A program made the translations under genes and the position numbers. The notes beneath the pieces were generated by a model. It saw only the letters and a list, made by a program, of their open reading frames with translations, searched no databases and was not told the origin of the DNA. Source: Acidobacteriota bacterium (GTDB lineage: Bacteria > Acidobacteriota > UBA6911 > JACQSX01). From it: DNA of 57,018 bases. Below, piece after piece: positions 1 to 10,054 of this stretch; the first letter of the stretch is position 1, and the number at the start of each line of letters is the position of its first letter. The stretch spans positions 1 through 57,018 of the forward strand of contig DASXQR010000179.1 in assembly GCA_036507075.1 (NCBI GenBank), read 5' to 3'.

Positions 1-210
1 GATGGAGGGATGGAGGGATGGAGAGATGGAGGGATGGAGGGATGGAGGGATGGAGAGATGGAGAAGCGTCAGTTCCCTCAGTCCTTCAGTCTCTCAGTCT
101 CTCAGTCTCTCAGTCTCTCAGTCTCTCCATCCCTCAATCCCTCCGTCCCTCCGTCCCTCCATCCCTCAATCCCTCAGTCTCTCAATCCCTCCATCCCTCA
201 GTCCCTCAGT
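1..210. repeat. Inverted pair of 8-mer tandem arrays, (GATGGAGG)n then (CCTCCATC/TCTCAGTC/CCTCAATC)n; truncated by window start
   Basis: Left arm 1-62 and right arm ~76-210 are built from reverse-complementary degenerate 8-mers; same family as 21063-21182. Confidence 0.9.
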
Positions 211-446
211 CAACGGGCTTTGGGAATTTTGTGTTGAGTGATTTTTTTACTCAGCGTGTTGCGGTGAATTCCCATTGATGCGGAAGTCTTAATCAGGTTG
301 CCGCCGTTTTTAAGGAGGGATTTCTGGATGAATTGCTTTTCAAACTGCGCCTCCGCTTCGTTCCAGTAAATTCCCCGTTCCACCATTTCGCCGACAAGTT
401 CTTCCATCAAATCGCGCAAACGAGTGTTTCGTGTCATGGTTGTCAC
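210..446 (-). CDS. Small Fis-type helix-turn-helix (HTH_8) protein
   Basis: C-terminal 'FIQKSLLKNGGNLIKTSASMGIHRNTLSKKI' is a typical Fis/NtrC HTH; 4-bp overlap with the upstream PHP gene. Confidence 0.8.
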   Translation of the reverse strand: MTTMTRNTRLRDLMEELVGEMVERGIYWNEAEAQFEKQFIQKSLLKNGGNLIKTSASMGIHRNTLSKKITQHKIPKAR

Positions 447-1348
447 GCGTTGCAGTAGTCTTTAGAGCGCTTTCTCAATTCAGCCAGGATTGCGGGAGTT
501 CCCTGGCGGATAGAACCGAATTCGACATTCGGTTTGGCGCGGCCATGGAAGTCGGATCCTGCCGTGCCGATCAAGTCGAGCGACTCTGCAATAGCAAGGT
601 AGTATTGGGCCTTGAGAGAGTCGTGGTAGCTGGTCCAGACTTCCAGCCCCTCCAGCCCCATTTCTTTCAGTTGGGCGATCAGCCTCTCATCAACCTGCGT
701 GAAGCGCGCGCCGGGATGCGCCAGCACGGGAACACCTCCGAGCGAGCGTACTACCGAGATCGCCTCGGAAGCTGCCAATTCGGTCTTGGGGACGTGAGCG
801 GATTTTCCGCGCGAGAAAAAATCTCTGTAAAAGCTGCTTTCGGCCTGGGATTTCTTTTCACCTTGCAGATAAGGCAGCAGCACGGGCAGAGGATTCTTTC
901 GATACTTCTCCAGCACGGTATGTGCGATGGCAGGCCCGGTTATTGGAAGGTGGCCGAATCGGATGCGCACTTCCTCCTCGGTCACTTCAATCCCGATGGC
1001 TCGCAGGCGTTCCATCCGTCCGCGCGCCTGTTCGTCACGGCGGTTGTGAATCCGCGAGAGCAGTTGGATCAGAACCGGGGATTTGTAGTCCACAAACGGC
1101 GCCAGCAGGTGTAACTCCTTTTCGCCCAGAGCGCTGCTGATTTCCACATTGGGGATCCACTCGACAGAAGGAAAGCGGTGCTCTATTTCAGGCCGGTGCT
1201 GCAAGGCTGCGACCGTATCGTGGTCGCTGATCGCCAGTGCGATTATCCCCAGTTCTTCGGCCTTGGAGAAAAGACGATCGACCGTCCACTCACCGTCACT
1301 GCTGTAGTTGCTGTGCAGGTGCAAATCAAAGAAGGGAGCTGGTTTCAT
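443..1348 (-). CDS. PHP-domain metal-dependent phosphoesterase (TrpH/YciV-like)
   Basis: Motifs DLHLHS..SDG, SDHD, VLAHP, GSDFHG. Confidence 0.9.
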   Translation of the reverse strand: MKPAPFFDLHLHSNYSSDGEWTVDRLFSKAEELGIIALAISDHDTVAALQHRPEIEHRFPSVEWIPNVEISSALGEKELHLLAPFVDYKSPVLIQLLSRIHNRRDEQARGRMERLRAIGIEVTEEEVRIRFGHLPITGPAIAHTVLEKYRKNPLPVLLPYLQGEKKSQAESSFYRDFFSRGKSAHVPKTELAASEAISVVRSLGGVPVLAHPGARFTQVDERLIAQLKEMGLEGLEVWTSYHDSLKAQYYLAIAESLDLIGTAGSDFHGRAKPNVEFGSIRQGTPAILAELRKRSKDYCNA

Positions 1349-2238
1349 TCAAGGGTCAGTTGCCTGCCGGTCAGCAGGCGGTGAGCCTCCAGATATCTTT
1401 GTGATGTGCCTTCCACAACCTGGGGCGGCAGCTCAGGCGCCGGAGGTTTCTTGTCCCAGTCAAGAGTCTCCAGGTAGTCGCGAACGTACTGCTTGTCAAA
1501 CGAGGGCTGCGGCCGTCCCGGCTGATAATGAGCGGCGGGCCAAAAACGCGATGAATCCGGTGTCAAGACTTCATCGATCAACAGTACTTCATCCTGGTAC
1601 CAGCCGAATTCAAATTTGGTGTCGCAGATGATTATTCCGCGACTGGAGGCATAATCCGCTCCCCGCTGGTAGATTTTCAAGCTGAATTCCCGCAATTTCC
1701 TGGCCATCTCCACGCCCAACTGGTTTTCCATCTCCTCCATTGATATGTTCTCGTCGTGCCCGGTTTGCGCTTTTGTGGAAGGCGTGAAGATCGGCTCCGG
1801 AAATTTTTCCGATTCCTGCAAATCCGGCGGCAAAGGAATTCCGCAGATCTTTCCGGTCTTTCTGTAATCCTTCCATCCTGAGCCTGCCACGTAGCCGCGC
1901 ACCACGCATTCAATGGGGAAAGGCCGGGCCTTCTTTACCAGCATCGACCTGCCGATGAGTTGTTCCCGGAAACCCTGAAGTTCTTCCGGAAAGTCGCCGA
2001 TTCGTGTGGCGATGCGATGGTTGGCCACAATGTCGGAGGTCATGTTCAGCCAGAAATCGGTGAGCTGCGTCAGGACCTGGCCCTTATGGGGAATGACGTT
2101 TGGCAGCACGCAATCGAACGCTGAAATCCGATCGGTTGCGATGATTAACAGTTTGTCCTTGAATTCGTAAACGTCGCGTACTTTACCCCGGTGATGCAGG
2201 CTGAGGTTTTCGAGCTCGATGGTTGAATATGAGGGCAT
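1345..2238 (-). CDS. purC: SAICAR synthetase
   Basis: GKVRDVY, TDRISAFD, ECVVRGY, DTKFEFG, DEVLTPDSSRFW, DKQYVRDYL. Confidence 0.97.
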   Translation of the reverse strand: MPSYSTIELENLSLHHRGKVRDVYEFKDKLLIIATDRISAFDCVLPNVIPHKGQVLTQLTDFWLNMTSDIVANHRIATRIGDFPEELQGFREQLIGRSMLVKKARPFPIECVVRGYVAGSGWKDYRKTGKICGIPLPPDLQESEKFPEPIFTPSTKAQTGHDENISMEEMENQLGVEMARKLREFSLKIYQRGADYASSRGIIICDTKFEFGWYQDEVLLIDEVLTPDSSRFWPAAHYQPGRPQPSFDKQYVRDYLETLDWDKKPPAPELPPQVVEGTSQRYLEAHRLLTGRQLTLE

Positions 2239-2309
2239 TTTCTGTCGGGATTGAGTCTACAGGTTACCGTCGAGAAACGAGACTTGCAAGCGGATTAGGG
2301 GCAGTTACC

Positions 2310-2556
2310 GAATGCGGAATGTGGAATGCGGAATGGGGAATTCGGAATGGGGAATGCGGAATGCGGAATTCGGAATGGAAGCTGCCCGTTGGCACCGGTT
2401 CGTCGTGTTTGTTCTCAATTTCCCCGGCTTTTATTCGTGGTTGCAATTCACTGAAGGTTGATAAGGCTGACACGATACCAAGTTCGAAAGACTTTGGGGA
2501 CAATCTATATTCAACATTCCGCATTCCACATTCCGCAATCTGCATTCCGCATTCAA
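2310..2556. repeat. Inverted pair of 7-mer arrays (GAATGCG/GAATGGG)n ... (CATTCCG)n with ~130-bp spacer
   Basis: Left arm 2310-2379, right arm ~2508-2556; same family at 27614-27852 and 53535-53653. Confidence 0.9.
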
Positions 2557-2560
2557 ATAG

Positions 2561-5500
2561 TCAATTGAAATTCACCGACACCACTTTGCTGACCCCCGGT
2601 TCCTCCATGGTCACGCCGTAGATGGATTGAGAGATTTCCATGGTGCGTTTGTTGTGCGTGATCAGGATGAACTGGGTGACGTCGCTCATGTGCTGCACCA
2701 GCGTAGCGAAGCGCCGGATGTTGGCTTCGTCCAGTGGGGCATCCACTTCATCCAGCACACAGAAAGGGCTGGGGCGATATTTGAAGATTGCAATCAGCAA
2801 TGCAAACGCGGTGAGCGCTTTTTCGCCTCCCGACAGCAGCATCACGTTCTGAAGCTTCTTTCCCGGCGGCTGGGCATAGATGTCGATCCCGCTTTCGAGC
2901 ACGTCGCTTTCGTCCATCAGAGCCATCCCGCACTCACCGCCTCCGAACAGCAACTGGAACATTTCCTTGAAACGGGCATTGATGGCTTCAAATGCGTCGA
3001 GGAACTGCTGGCGCGATCTCCTGCTGATTTCCTGAATCGCCTGCTGGGTGTCGGCGATTGACTTTTCGATGTCGGAGCGCTGCCCGCTGAGAAAATCGAA
3101 GCGCTCCTCGTTCTCTTTGTATTCCTCAAGCGCGCTCATGTTGATGGGGCCGAAATCATCAACCTTTGCTTTTAACCGGTCGAACTCGGCGCGCATCTCT
3201 TCAAAACTGTGCTCCTCCCATCCTTCGGGAACGGGAGCAGGCAGTTCTTCGATCGGTACCGCGAATTCCTCCACGCAGTAGCCGCGCAAATGATCCAGAT
3301 CGCTGGCCAGACGCGCTCCCGTGACCTCCAGTTGCATCCTCTCCTGCAGGATGGCTTCCTTTGCCCGGTGCGCGGACTCGAGCGATTGCTGGTGCTGCTG
3401 CAGTCTCTCCTGCAGTTCGGCCGAGCAGGATCTGTCATCAGTGACTTGTACTTCCAGGGTTTGTTTTTGAATCGCCAGTTTTTCAGCTTCCTCGGCCAGA
3501 TGTCCGTTTGAGAGTTCCAGGTCCGAGACTCGCCGCGCCGCCGCCGACAGTTGTTCCTGCTGGCGCCGCAGCCTGCCGCTGAATTGGTTCTCCTCTTCGA
3601 CCAGGCGTCCTGCTTCCTGGTCGGCGCCGCTCTTTCGCTCCAGCTTGGCTGCCAGATCGGCCTGGTTTTCCGACAGCAGCCTCCCCAACTCGCGGCTCCG
3701 ATCCCGAAGAGCTGCCAGCGTTTCCTGAATCTGTCCGAATTCCTGCTCGCGATCCACACCCATTTGCGCAATCGACTGCAGCTCTCCGTCGATGCGCAGG
3801 CTCTCTTGAGCCATCCGGTCGCGCTCAAATCGAAGCTGTTCCAGTTCGTTGTTGAACACGCGCGTTGCCTGCTCTTCGCGCTGCAGGTCGGCAATGGTAT
3901 GGTTGTACTGGTGCTGCAGCGAAATCAGATCCTTCTCGCGTTCGTGAATACGCGCGCGCTGCTCCTTTTGCTCCTGCTCGACGCGGCGGCGCTCGTCTTT
4001 CATTTGCTGCACATGCGCCTCGGTCTTTTGAATCTGCTGCTGCAGGGCCTCCACTCGTGAAATCAGTTCGCGCTTCTCGCGTTTCAACGCCAGCAGGCCG
4101 GAAGTGTGCGACGGCTCTCCCACTCCGGAAACAAGACCGCGTTGGGTCCAGGTTTCTCCGGCCAGAGTTACAAAAATGGACTCAGGATAGTGCTGGCTCA
4201 GACCCTGGGCTGTCTGGATGTCCTGAACCACCACGGCGTTTGCATATTGTGGAAGCGCCCGATAGAAAGCCTTCTTTACCGGTTCGGTCATCTTCAGGAT
4301 GTCGCCGAACGTGCCGATGATGCCGCGCGACGGATCCGCCGGCGGATGCCCATTTCCGTTCTGGCTGAATCCATTCGCGGAAGCCAGCGCCAGGAAAGTG
4401 CATTTGCCCGAGCGACTTTCGCGCAACTGATGCAGACCGCTCAAAGCATCAGACACTCCTTCAACGAGCACAAATTCCAGCTCGTCGGCCAAGAAAGTTT
4501 CCACCATCGCCTCGTATTGCGGATCCGTATCCACATGATCGGCCAGAGTCCCGGATGAGCGAAGAGAGTTGTGCTGCTGGATGAAATTCAGGAACTTCTG
4601 GACCCCTTCAGAGTAGTTGGCGCGCCGAACCTCGATTTCTTCGATTGAAGCCAGACGGTGCTGATAGCTCCCATGGCGCTCGCGCAGCGACTGCAGTTCG
4701 GCGTCCGCCGAGGACTCGGCGGCGACTGACTGCGCGAAAGATCTCTCCAACTGACGCTCTTCTTCCTGCAGGCGCTCGATATGCTTTTGGGCTTCCCGGC
4801 ACTGCTCAAGAGTTCGGGATTCGGATGCCTGCAGTTCCGCGCACCGCGAATTCACCTTGTCGCGGTCCGCCAGAATGCGCGTCTCCTGGGATGCGAGCTC
4901 TTGCAGATCTTCTTCGATCTGAAGGCTCTGGTTATTCAGGGTCGCCTTTCTGCCCACTTCTTCAAGGCTGTACGTCCTTACCTGATTGAGACGCTCTTCC
5001 AGACTGTCGGACCGGCTGAGGACATCGCGATTTTCGGCCTTGAATCGTTCCATTCGTTCGCGAATTGCCGTCAGTTCAATGTTGAGATCATTGCTGGAAG
5101 CGTTCTTGATCGCCAATTCGTCGCGCACTTCCTTGAGGCGCCGCTCGCATTCGGCGATGTCCTGCTGCAATGTTTCGATCTGCAGCCGCGTCATTTCGAT
5201 CTGCTGTTGTTGCGACTGGCGGGTTTGAATCGCTTTTTCAAGCCGCAGGCTCACGCTTGAAAGCTCTTCACGGTTCCTGTCCAACCCGCTCATCAGTTCG
5301 GCCTGGCTGCGCGAAGCCTGGTGGACGCTTTCCTCAATTTCACGCAGAGACCAGGTGGCCTGGTCTTCGCGCTGCCGCAGCGCCTGGATCTGCTCTTGCT
5401 GTTGCAGTAACAGCGCGTGCAGCTTCTGATAATCATGGTGCAGCTTGATCCGGTGGAACGCGCGCATCTCTTCACGCAGGCGGGAATAAGCCTGGGCCCG

Positions 5501-6145
5501 GCCGGCCTGGCGCTTCAACGAACGCAGTTGCCTTTCAATCTCCACTATGATGTCGTTGATGCGCAGCAGGTTCTGGTGTGCCAGTTCCAGTTTCACCTCG
5601 GCGGCCTTCTTTTTCTGTTTGAAAGTGATGATTTTTGCGGCTTCTTCAATCAGGCTGCGCCGTTCCATCGGCTTGGAGGTGAGGATTGAGCCGATCCGCC
5701 CCTGCTCGATGATGGCATAGTTTGTGAACCCCAGACCGGTGCCTTCGAAGGTCTGATGGATATCCAGCAGCCGGCAACGGCGGTTGTTGATCAGATACTC
5801 GCTTTCGCCCGATCGATACAGCCGGCGGGTGATGGTGATGTTGTCTGCCGTGATGCCGTCATCGACATCGACCTGGATCTTTACGGGCTTGAGTGTCAGC
5901 GAAACTTCCACAAAGCCGGAAGCCTTGCGGGCCGCTGTGCCGTTGAAAATGACATCCTCCATCCGTTCGCTGCGAAGCGTCTTTGGTCGCTGCTCGCCCA
6001 GCACCCAACTGATTGCTTCCGCGACATTGCTTTTCCCGCACCCATTGGGGCCGACAATGGAAGTCACACGATCGTTGAAGGCGACCGACGTCTTTTCGCA
6101 GAAGGATTTGAAACCGATCAGATCCAGCGATTCCAGTTTGTGCAT
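2561..6145 (-). CDS. smc: Chromosome segregation protein SMC
   Basis: GFKSF, Walker A GPNGCGKSN, long coiled coils with hinge, LSGGEKA signature, Walker B LDEVDAPLD, ITH. Confidence 0.97.
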   Translation of the reverse strand: MHKLESLDLIGFKSFCEKTSVAFNDRVTSIVGPNGCGKSNVAEAISWVLGEQRPKTLRSERMEDVIFNGTAARKASGFVEVSLTLKPVKIQVDVDDGITADNITITRRLYRSGESEYLINNRRCRLLDIHQTFEGTGLGFTNYAIIEQGRIGSILTSKPMERRSLIEEAAKIITFKQKKKAAEVKLELAHQNLLRINDIIVEIERQLRSLKRQAGRAQAYSRLREEMRAFHRIKLHHDYQKLHALLLQQQEQIQALRQREDQATWSLREIEESVHQASRSQAELMSGLDRNREELSSVSLRLEKAIQTRQSQQQQIEMTRLQIETLQQDIAECERRLKEVRDELAIKNASSNDLNIELTAIRERMERFKAENRDVLSRSDSLEERLNQVRTYSLEEVGRKATLNNQSLQIEEDLQELASQETRILADRDKVNSRCAELQASESRTLEQCREAQKHIERLQEEERQLERSFAQSVAAESSADAELQSLRERHGSYQHRLASIEEIEVRRANYSEGVQKFLNFIQQHNSLRSSGTLADHVDTDPQYEAMVETFLADELEFVLVEGVSDALSGLHQLRESRSGKCTFLALASANGFSQNGNGHPPADPSRGIIGTFGDILKMTEPVKKAFYRALPQYANAVVVQDIQTAQGLSQHYPESIFVTLAGETWTQRGLVSGVGEPSHTSGLLALKREKRELISRVEALQQQIQKTEAHVQQMKDERRRVEQEQKEQRARIHEREKDLISLQHQYNHTIADLQREEQATRVFNNELEQLRFERDRMAQESLRIDGELQSIAQMGVDREQEFGQIQETLAALRDRSRELGRLLSENQADLAAKLERKSGADQEAGRLVEEENQFSGRLRRQQEQLSAAARRVSDLELSNGHLAEEAEKLAIQKQTLEVQVTDDRSCSAELQERLQQHQQSLESAHRAKEAILQERMQLEVTGARLASDLDHLRGYCVEEFAVPIEELPAPVPEGWEEHSFEEMRAEFDRLKAKVDDFGPINMSALEEYKENEERFDFLSGQRSDIEKSIADTQQAIQEISRRSRQQFLDAFEAINARFKEMFQLLFGGGECGMALMDESDVLESGIDIYAQPPGKKLQNVMLLSGGEKALTAFALLIAIFKYRPSPFCVLDEVDAPLDEANIRRFATLVQHMSDVTQFILITHNKRTMEISQSIYGVTMEEPGVSKVVSVNFN

Positions 6146-6194
6146 TTAAATCCTCTAAACACCCGCGCTCCGAGGAGCGCTGAAGCAGATTGAG

Positions 6195-7145
6195 TCAAAT
6201 CGGCAAGGTTTCCCTGAAGAACTCCAGCACCTTGCTGTCGTAGAGCTTTATTTCGGTGCCCAGCAAAATAGACTTCCGGGTCTTGGCAAACGTAATCAGG
6301 TTTTTCTTTCCCCGCGCGAGCGCATAAAGCCTGAGCGTCTCTGAACTCACGTCGGGATCGTCAATACTGTGAATGAAGAGCATCGCCACGTTGATCATCT
6401 TGGGTATGTCAACGTCGCCGTGCAAGTCGGCTTCGCGGGCGCCGATCAACAGTCCCACGCCGAAGCCGAGCAGACGCCTGGCCCAGGGCTGGTCGAAACC
6501 GAGCGTCTCTTTAAGCCTCATTCCAATGTTCTGCTCGACGCTGGCATAAACAGAATCGAGTACGCAGGCGGAGATCTTGTCGGAGCCCTGGGCCGCCCTC
6601 AACGCGCCAAATGCCCCGGCCGTCACACCCCAGACGCCCACTCGCAGCGGATCTACTTTCTCGGTGGCCAGCACAGTCTGGATCCCTCCGTTGAGGTCCT
6701 CGGCTTCTTTCCAGCCCATGGTGAACATCGCTTTGTTTTCGCCGTGGCCGCGCAGCGTCATCAGGAGCACGTTGTATCCGCTCTCTTTGAGTGTGGTGGC
6801 CAGATTGAGAACGGCAGTGCGGCTGCTTCCCACACCGTGGCACAGGACCAGCAGCGGGGCTCCGCGCTGGCCGGGGACGAACCATCCCATCACCGTCGTG
6901 CCGTCGTGGCTGGTCCACCTCAGATCCTTGTGGGGCAAAAGGAATTGTTCAGGCCGCGCCGCCTCTTCGGGTGCGTCCGGGTGAGTCAATCGATAGAGCA
7001 GCCAGCCATATAAGAGGAGGAAGAGGGCGGTCAGTCCTGCAAAGAAAATCAGCAGTTTGCGTGAGGGTTTTCGTCTGAGGCGTTTTGGGGTGGCCTTCAA
7101 ATTGGAATCCTCCGGGCGCCCTTCGTCAGTGCTGGATAGTAGCAC
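6195..7145 (-). CDS. Membrane-anchored alpha/beta-hydrolase-fold protein (catalytic triad looks degenerate)
   Basis: N-terminal TM, 'GWFVPG', 'LCHG', 'LRGHGE', nucleophile elbow GVTAG; start codon uncertain. Confidence 0.75.
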   Translation of the reverse strand: MLLSSTDEGRPEDSNLKATPKRLRRKPSRKLLIFFAGLTALFLLLYGWLLYRLTHPDAPEEAARPEQFLLPHKDLRWTSHDGTTVMGWFVPGQRGAPLLVLCHGVGSSRTAVLNLATTLKESGYNVLLMTLRGHGENKAMFTMGWKEAEDLNGGIQTVLATEKVDPLRVGVWGVTAGAFGALRAAQGSDKISACVLDSVYASVEQNIGMRLKETLGFDQPWARRLLGFGVGLLIGAREADLHGDVDIPKMINVAMLFIHSIDDPDVSSETLRLYALARGKKNLITFAKTRKSILLGTEIKLYDSKVLEFFRETLPI

Positions 7146-7200
7146 AGGCTACTCAAGATATTGATGGCAATTTGGTTGACGACCGCTATATGTTGTGGCA

Positions 7201-7653
7201 TCACGGTTGGATTGAGTCCAGCATTATGGTCTCCGGCTCGGACAGCATCGGAAAGCCCGGATCTCCGGTGAGAAAGTACCGGGCTTTGGCGCTTCGGGCA
7301 CAAGACAGGTGCAGGGCGTTCCAGGCATCCAATCCATGACGCGCCTGGAGCATGGCGGCGTCGGCGGCGATCTGCTCGTCGATGGCAATGAACTTCAAAT
7401 TGGGGAAGTTGAGTAGAATCGCCTGACAGGTAATGACGGCCTCGCCGTTGCCGCCCTCCGCTACGCGGCGGAAGAGGTCTTGCAGCACCAGGATGGAAGC
7501 CAGAGCGCGCGTCTTACCATTCTCGACAGCGCCCAGGATTGCCGATGTAATGGGCTCGAATCGAGAATCGGATTCCAAATGGTATAAAAAGAAGCGTGAG
7601 TCGAAAGCCAGACACTCGCCTCTGAGCCTTTTCAACAAGTCCGCAAGCTTCAC
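7201..7653 (-). CDS. PIN-domain (VapC-like) protein
   Basis: 'LAFDSRFFLY', 'AAMLQARHGL..NALHL', 'FLTGD' fit the PIN fold; overlaps the AbrB-type gene by 4 bp. Confidence 0.75.
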   Translation of the reverse strand: MKLADLLKRLRGECLAFDSRFFLYHLESDSRFEPITSAILGAVENGKTRALASILVLQDLFRRVAEGGNGEAVITCQAILLNFPNLKFIAIDEQIAADAAMLQARHGLDAWNALHLSCARSAKARYFLTGDPGFPMLSEPETIMLDSIQP

Positions 7654-7859
7654 GAATCGTGCCTGGAAGTTAAGTTTTTTCCCAGTCGTTTCAGCATTTC
7701 GGTATAGCTCTGGACGGGCAGCATCACGATGAAATCAGACCGTCCCTGAATGACCAGTTGGGCTCCGGTGTGCAGTTGCAGCGCATCGCGGATCCCTTTG
7801 GGGATTACCACCTGCCCCTTGCTGCTGATTCTTACTACATCGCCTTTGGGAAGACTCAT
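7650..7859 (-). CDS. AbrB/MazE/SpoVT-family DNA-binding antitoxin
   Basis: 'VRISSKGQVVIPKGIRDALQLHTG' is the swapped-hairpin AbrB motif; lies directly upstream of the PIN gene. Confidence 0.85.
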   Translation of the reverse strand: MSLPKGDVVRISSKGQVVIPKGIRDALQLHTGAQLVIQGRSDFIVMLPVQSYTEMLKRLGKNLTSRHDS

Positions 7860-7918
7860 AGATACGTGGTAAGAATATATCAGTCAAGGTAAGACAAGGC
7901 AAGCGGGGAAGGGTTTTT

Positions 7919-8130
7919 GGGGTTATGAAGGGGAATGAAGAGTTATGAAGAGGAGAAGGAAGGGAAGGAAGGCGGAAAGCGACTTTCCGAAAGCCGTGCA
8001 CGTAGACGTGGACGGCTTTTGTTTCGATCGCCTTGCTATTCCGCCTTCCGCCCACCGGCCGTCCTGTCGCCTTCATAACCCTTCATAACCCTTCATAACC
8101 CTTCATAACCCTTCATTCCCCTTCATAACT
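7919..8130. repeat. Nested inverted repeat: outer (GGTTATGAAG)n/(CTTCATAACC)n 10-mers, middle GGAAGGCGGAA/TTCCGCCTTCC, inner AAAGCCGT..ACGGCTTT hairpin
   Basis: Outer arms 7921-7950 and 8071-8130, inner hairpin 7990-8019. Confidence 0.85.
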
Positions 8131-8167
8131 CTTGAGCGGCCCCGCGGGCGCTGGCAAACTACGCTCA

Positions 8168-10048
8168 ATGAGTAACCAGATTTCTCTACTTGACGAATTG
8201 CAGCGGCGGGTGGTGGTCGCCGATGGGGCAATGGGAACCATGCTTCAAAGCCGCGGCTTTCAGCCGAATTGGTGCTTTGAGGAGCTCAACCTGTCACAGC
8301 CATCGGTAATCCGGCAGATTCACAGCGAATACCTGAACGCGGGCGCGGAGATTCTTGAAACGAACACGTTCGGCGCCAATCGCCTGAAACTGGAAAGCCC
8401 CGGATTCGCCTCCCAGTTACGCGACATTAATGCCGAAGGCGTGCGCCTGGCGCGCCAGGCTGCGCTCGAATTCGGCAAACAGCCTGTCTGGATCGCCGGT
8501 TCGATCGGCCCGCTCGGGATCCGGATCGAGCCCTGGGGCGCCTTTTCAGTGGAAGAGGCGCGCGAGGTCTTCCGTGAGCAGGCGGCCGTACTGGCGGACG
8601 CGGGAGCGGACTGCCTGATTCTGGAAACTTTCTCAGATTCAAAGGAAATGCAGCAGGCCATAGCGGGAGCGCGACAGGTGTGCAGCCTGCCGATCATTGC
8701 CCAGATGGTGTTGGAAGATGACGGCAACAGCTTGTTCGGCACCTCTCCAGAGATCTTTACACGGGAGTTGGACGAGGAAGGCGCGGATGTCATCGGGGTC
8801 AATTGCAACGTCGGCCCGCAAGTGATGCTGTCAGCCCTGGAGAGAATGGCCAAGGCAACGCGCAAGAAGCTTTCCGCGCAGCCGAACGCCGGGAAGCCGC
8901 GCAACCTGGAGGGGCGCAACATCTATCTCAGTTCTCCGGACTACATGGCCAGGTACGCGCAGCGTTTTATCCATGCGGGAGCGCGGATTGTGGGAGGATG
9001 CTGCGGAACCACACCCGATCATATTCACGCCATCCGCCGTGCCGTGGAGATGCTCGGCTCGGACACCCCGGCCGGCGCCCGGGCCGCGCGGCGCGGGAGC
9101 GCTTCCACGGCTCATGTTGCCGGCACGGCTGCGGCGCCGCCGCACCAGGAAGGCCGGGTCGAGCAGAAATCGCAGTTGGCGCGTCTGATCCGTTCTGGAC
9201 AGTTTGTAACCATCGTCGAAATGCCGCCGCCTCGCGGCTGCGATCCCGCTCCTGCGATTGAAAGCGCGCGCCTGCTGAAATCCAAAGGCGTCTGCGCCAT
9301 CAGCGTTCCGGATGTACCGCGCGCCGCCGCTCGCGCCGGCGCCGCCTACATGGCCGTGATCATACAACAGCAGGCCGGAATAGAGACCGTGCTGCAGTAT
9401 GTGTGCCGCGACCGGAATATGCTTTCCATGCAGGGAGACTTGCTGGGTGCGTCGGCCATCGGAATAACAAATGTGCTGGCGGTGACGGGTGCGCCGGCAA
9501 CGGGAGAATATGCAGAGGCAGCGACGGGTTTGGAAGTCGACTCGATCGGACTGACGAACATATTGAGAAACTTGAATCGCGGATTTGACGTCGGCGGGAA
9601 TGCAATCGGCCGGCCCACCGGTTTTTTTGTGGGAGTGGAAGTGAATCCGACGGCCCTGAACGCCGAACTGGAGTTGAAGAGATTCCAATACAAGGTGGAA
9701 GCGGGGGCGGAGTTCGCGGTCACCCATGCTGTCTTTGATGTCGACCGCTTTTTAGAATTTCTGCGAAAGATCGAAGCTTTCAGGATCCCGGTGATGGCGA
9801 CTCTTTGCGCGCTTCCCAACTTCCGCAGTGCGGAATTCATGAACAACGAGGTGCCGGGTGTGATTATTCCGGCGCACATTATGGAAAGGATGCGGAAGGC
9901 GGGAGAGGGCGAGCAGGCGCGGCTGGAAGGCATCGCGATCGCCCGCGAAGCGCTGCAGCAAATTCGCCCGCATGTTGCCGGCGTTCAGATTTGCGCGACC
10001 GTGGGACGTTTGGAAACTGTGCTCGAGCTGCTCGAACATGCGGGATAG
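8168..10048 (+). CDS. Bifunctional homocysteine S-methyltransferase / methylenetetrahydrofolate reductase (YitJ-like)
   Basis: DGAMGT, ETNTFGAN, GVNC, GGCCGTTP in the N-terminal half; CRDRN and KVEAGAEF (MetF-like) in the C-terminal half; ATG at 8168 preferred. Confidence 0.92.
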   Translation: MSNQISLLDELQRRVVVADGAMGTMLQSRGFQPNWCFEELNLSQPSVIRQIHSEYLNAGAEILETNTFGANRLKLESPGFASQLRDINAEGVRLARQAALEFGKQPVWIAGSIGPLGIRIEPWGAFSVEEAREVFREQAAVLADAGADCLILETFSDSKEMQQAIAGARQVCSLPIIAQMVLEDDGNSLFGTSPEIFTRELDEEGADVIGVNCNVGPQVMLSALERMAKATRKKLSAQPNAGKPRNLEGRNIYLSSPDYMARYAQRFIHAGARIVGGCCGTTPDHIHAIRRAVEMLGSDTPAGARAARRGSASTAHVAGTAAAPPHQEGRVEQKSQLARLIRSGQFVTIVEMPPPRGCDPAPAIESARLLKSKGVCAISVPDVPRAAARAGAAYMAVIIQQQAGIETVLQYVCRDRNMLSMQGDLLGASAIGITNVLAVTGAPATGEYAEAATGLEVDSIGLTNILRNLNRGFDVGGNAIGRPTGFFVGVEVNPTALNAELELKRFQYKVEAGAEFAVTHAVFDVDRFLEFLRKIEAFRIPVMATLCALPNFRSAEFMNNEVPGVIIPAHIMERMRKAGEGEQARLEGIAIAREALQQIRPHVAGVQICATVGRLETVLELLEHAG

Positions 10049-10054
10049 CCTGCA

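Noticed and set aside
2..278. Three overlapping ORFs with MEGWRDG / SLSPSV repeats
   Set aside because: They are translations of the 8-mer arrays in all frames, not credible proteins
2223..2621. ORFs with ECGMRN / FRIPHS repeats (also at 27523-27861 and 53518-53871)
   Set aside because: Translations of GAATGCG/CATTCCG heptamer arrays
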